Of a DNA stretch of 49,391 nt, positions 47,327-49,391 are shown one piece after another. The stretch is from an uncultured bacterium (GTDB taxonomy: Bacteria; DYJV01): NCBI GenBank assembly GCA_964543655.1, contig CAZIZE010000042.1, positions 1-49,391 of the forward strand, given 5' to 3'. The first letter of the stretch is position 1. Each line of letters begins with the position of its first letter. A program made the translations under genes and the position numbers. The notes beneath the pieces were generated by a model. That model was not told the DNA's origin and made no database searches. It worked only from the letters and a program-made list of their open reading frames with translations.

Positions 47327-49138
47327 ATGGAGCTTGTAAGAAAAGGTATCGATATTAGAAAGATTAAAGAAATTAAGCAATTAATTGCTTATGGCAAAGA
47401 AAAAGGATTCATAACCTATGAAGAGTTAAACAATTCTTTGCCAATTGATATTACACCTGAGCAAATTGAAGATATGATAGAGTTAATGGAAGAGCTTGAT
47501 ATAGAGATAATTGATGGTAAAAAGAATAAAATTAAAATTGCCAAAAAAATACTTGAAGAAAATTCAACACCACAAGATACAGAGGAAGATGAGCATCTTG
47601 AAGAAAAAATTGTTATTGATGATGCAAATTATAGAACTGCTGAGCCAATAAGAATTTATCTCAAAGAAATGGGGCAGATACCACTATTATCAAAAGAAGA
47701 AGAGATAGAGCTTGCAAAGGAGATTGAAAAAAATGAAAAAATAATTCTCTCCAAAATTATCCGCTCTCCATTAACCACAGACCAGGTTATTGAGCTTGAA
47801 AAATTAATAGAAAGCAAAAAAATTGGTATTAGAGATGTTACAAGGGATATAGAGGAAGAATTAGAAAATTATCATTTTGAAGAAGATAGTGAAGTTTATG
47901 AATTTGTATCAGAAGAGGAAAGGCTTCAAACTACAAGAATCCTTGAAATTATCAATAATATTAAAGAGCTTAAAAATGAAAATATTGAGCTTGAAAAAAA
48001 ATTAGAAACTGATATTTCAGAAAATGAAAAAAAAGAAATTGAAAAGAAAATTAAGCAAAACTCTGATAAAATTGTTGAATATATAAAATCTATTAACCTT
48101 AAAAACAAGCAGTTATCTTCTATCCTTGATAGATTTAAAGAGTTGGTCAATGAATATAATGCTATTGAAAGAGACATAGAATCAATAAAAACTATTGTTC
48201 CAGATATTGATAAATCGTATCAAGAGATTTTAAATAGTAAAGAAACAGCTCAAAAATATGCTAAGTTTAACATTACCGTTGAAAAAGTAGAAGAATTTGC
48301 AAAACGTTATGAAAATTATTTGAAAAGAATTAAAGAGATTGAAAAATTAACAGGTTATGAAATTCATGAATTTAAAAAGATATATTACGATATAATAGAG
48401 ACCCAGGAAAAAGCTGAAAGAGCCAAAAATGAACTTGTAAAAGCAAATTTAAGATTAGTGGTGAGCATTGCCAAAAAATATGCAAATAGGGGTTTACAAT
48501 TCCTCGACCTTGTTCAGGAAGGTAACATTGGCTTAATGAAAGCTGTTGACAAATTTGAATATCAGAGAGGATACAAGTTTAGCACATATGCAACATGGTG
48601 GATTAGGCAGGCAATTACAAGGGCAATTGCAGATCAAGCAAGAACCATTAGGATTCCTGTTCATATGATTGAAACAATAAATAAATTAATTAGAACAACT
48701 AAAAGCCTTGTTCAAGAACTTGGAAGAGAGCCAACAGCTGAAGAAATTGCTGAAAAGATGGATTTTCCTGTTGAAAAAGTGAGAAAAGTATTAAAAATAT
48801 CTAAAGAACCTGTTTCTCTTGATACTCCAATTGGAGAAGATGAAGATAGTATTCTTGGAGATTTTATTGAGGATAAAAGAGTCATCAACCCTGCCAATGC
48901 AACCATTAGCCTTGCTTTAGCTGAAACCACAAGAAAAATTCTCTCAACTTTAACACCAAGGGAAGAGAAAGTTCTTAGAATGAGATTTGGTATAGGTGAA
49001 AAATATGATCACACTCTTGAGGAAGTTGGCAAAGACTTTAATGTAACAAGGGAGAGAATTAGACAGATTGAAGCAAAAGCTTTGAGAAAGTTAAGGCATC
49101 CAAACAGAAGCAAACAACTGAAAATTTTTTATGAATAA
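47327..49138 (+). CDS. rpoD: Primary sigma factor sigma70
   Basis: Region 1.1, [50 protein letters not shown]. Confidence 0.98.
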   Translation: MELVRKGIDIRKIKEIKQLIAYGKEKGFITYEELNNSLPIDITPEQIEDMIELMEELDIEIIDGKKNKIKIAKKILEENSTPQDTEEDEHLEEKIVIDDANYRTAEPIRIYLKEMGQIPLLSKEEEIELAKEIEKNEKIILSKIIRSPLTTDQVIELEKLIESKKIGIRDVTRDIEEELENYHFEEDSEVYEFVSEEERLQTTRILEIINNIKELKNENIELEKKLETDISENEKKEIEKKIKQNSDKIVEYIKSINLKNKQLSSILDRFKELVNEYNAIERDIESIKTIVPDIDKSYQEILNSKETAQKYAKFNITVEKVEEFAKRYENYLKRIKEIEKLTGYEIHEFKKIYYDIIETQEKAERAKNELVKANLRLVVSIAKKYANRGLQFLDLVQEGNIGLMKAVDKFEYQRGYKFSTYATWWIRQAITRAIADQARTIRIPVHMIETINKLIRTTKSLVQELGREPTAEEIAEKMDFPVEKVRKVLKISKEPVSLDTPIGEDEDSILGDFIEDKRVINPANATISLALAETTRKILSTLTPREEKVLRMRFGIGEKYDHTLEEVGKDFNVTRERIRQIEAKALRKLRHPNRSKQLKIFYE

Positions 49139-49147
49139 AATCAACAC

Positions 49148-49173
49148 AAGACCTTTGCAATTGCAAAGGTCTT
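49148..49173. terminator. Perfect 26-bp palindrome after rpoD
   Basis: aagacctttgcaattgcaaaggtctt followed by atgtttt; arms share 12 bp with the MITE TIR at 7083-7094. Confidence 0.65.
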
Positions 49174-49370
49174 ATGTTTTATAAAAACCTCAAAAAATTA
49201 TTTTTATGATAATAGAATTTTAAATTTATATTCAAATAATTACTTATAAAAATTTTGATTTTAAGCTAATAATAAAAAAATTTTCGAGTTTATTATCCTC
49301 AATCATTTTTTTAAAGCTATCATTGTTTTATTTTTAAGGTAAACAAAGGGTAAATATTCAGAAATAGAGA

Positions 49371-49391
49371 GGCACGCCCGGAGGGAGTCGA
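49371..49391 (-). tRNA. 3' end of a tRNA, truncated by the window edge (possibly tRNA-Arg)
   Basis: Minus strand TCGACTCCCTCCGGGCGTGCC = T-loop end, T-stem 3' side, acceptor CGGGCGT, discriminator G; anticodon lies outside the window. Confidence 0.75.

Noticed and set aside
1002-48930. Numerous short antisense or overlapping ORFs in the six-frame track (e.g. 17166..17639, 37082..37531, 42067..42519)
   Set aside because: Lie within well-supported genes and show no motifs; shadow ORFs

Overview
AT-rich chromosome segment from an anaerobic bacterium with delta-proteobacterial-type gene orders (hslV-hslU-argB, glyS-ppdK, ilvN-ilvC-psd-pssA-leuA); the taxon cannot be fixed from sequence alone. 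(1) 1-3950 is accessory: two Schlafen/AlbA_2 + HATPase-like + winged-HTH genes and an orphan copy of the 3' end of the second, each with intragenic 10-12 bp tandem repeats just before the HTH. (2) 3974-6641 is a three-gene lipid-modification block. (3) Intergenic gaps at about 1.75, 3.5, 6.9-7.3 and 22.5-22.8 kb hold a family of composite miniature repeats (REP-like hairpin plus telomere-like heptamer arrays) and a TTAA-flanked MITE. (4) 7.5-22.5 kb and 38-49 kb are housekeeping genes, many of them fragments of normally intact operons. (5) 22.85-37.8 kb is a co-oriented 13-gene cluster: fumarase alpha/beta, two HdrC/HdrB pairs, three HdrA-type genes (four flavin modules), MvhD-like and FdhB/FlxC-like proteins, and a soluble fumarate reductase (Fe-S + flavoprotein) with no membrane anchor. 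The 3' end of a tRNA is cut by the right edge. Best candidates for an undescribed system: the Hdr-coupled fumarate reductase cluster and the repeat-plus-HTH cassette arrangement of the AlbA_2 genes. All calls come from motif recognition; no database searches were run.
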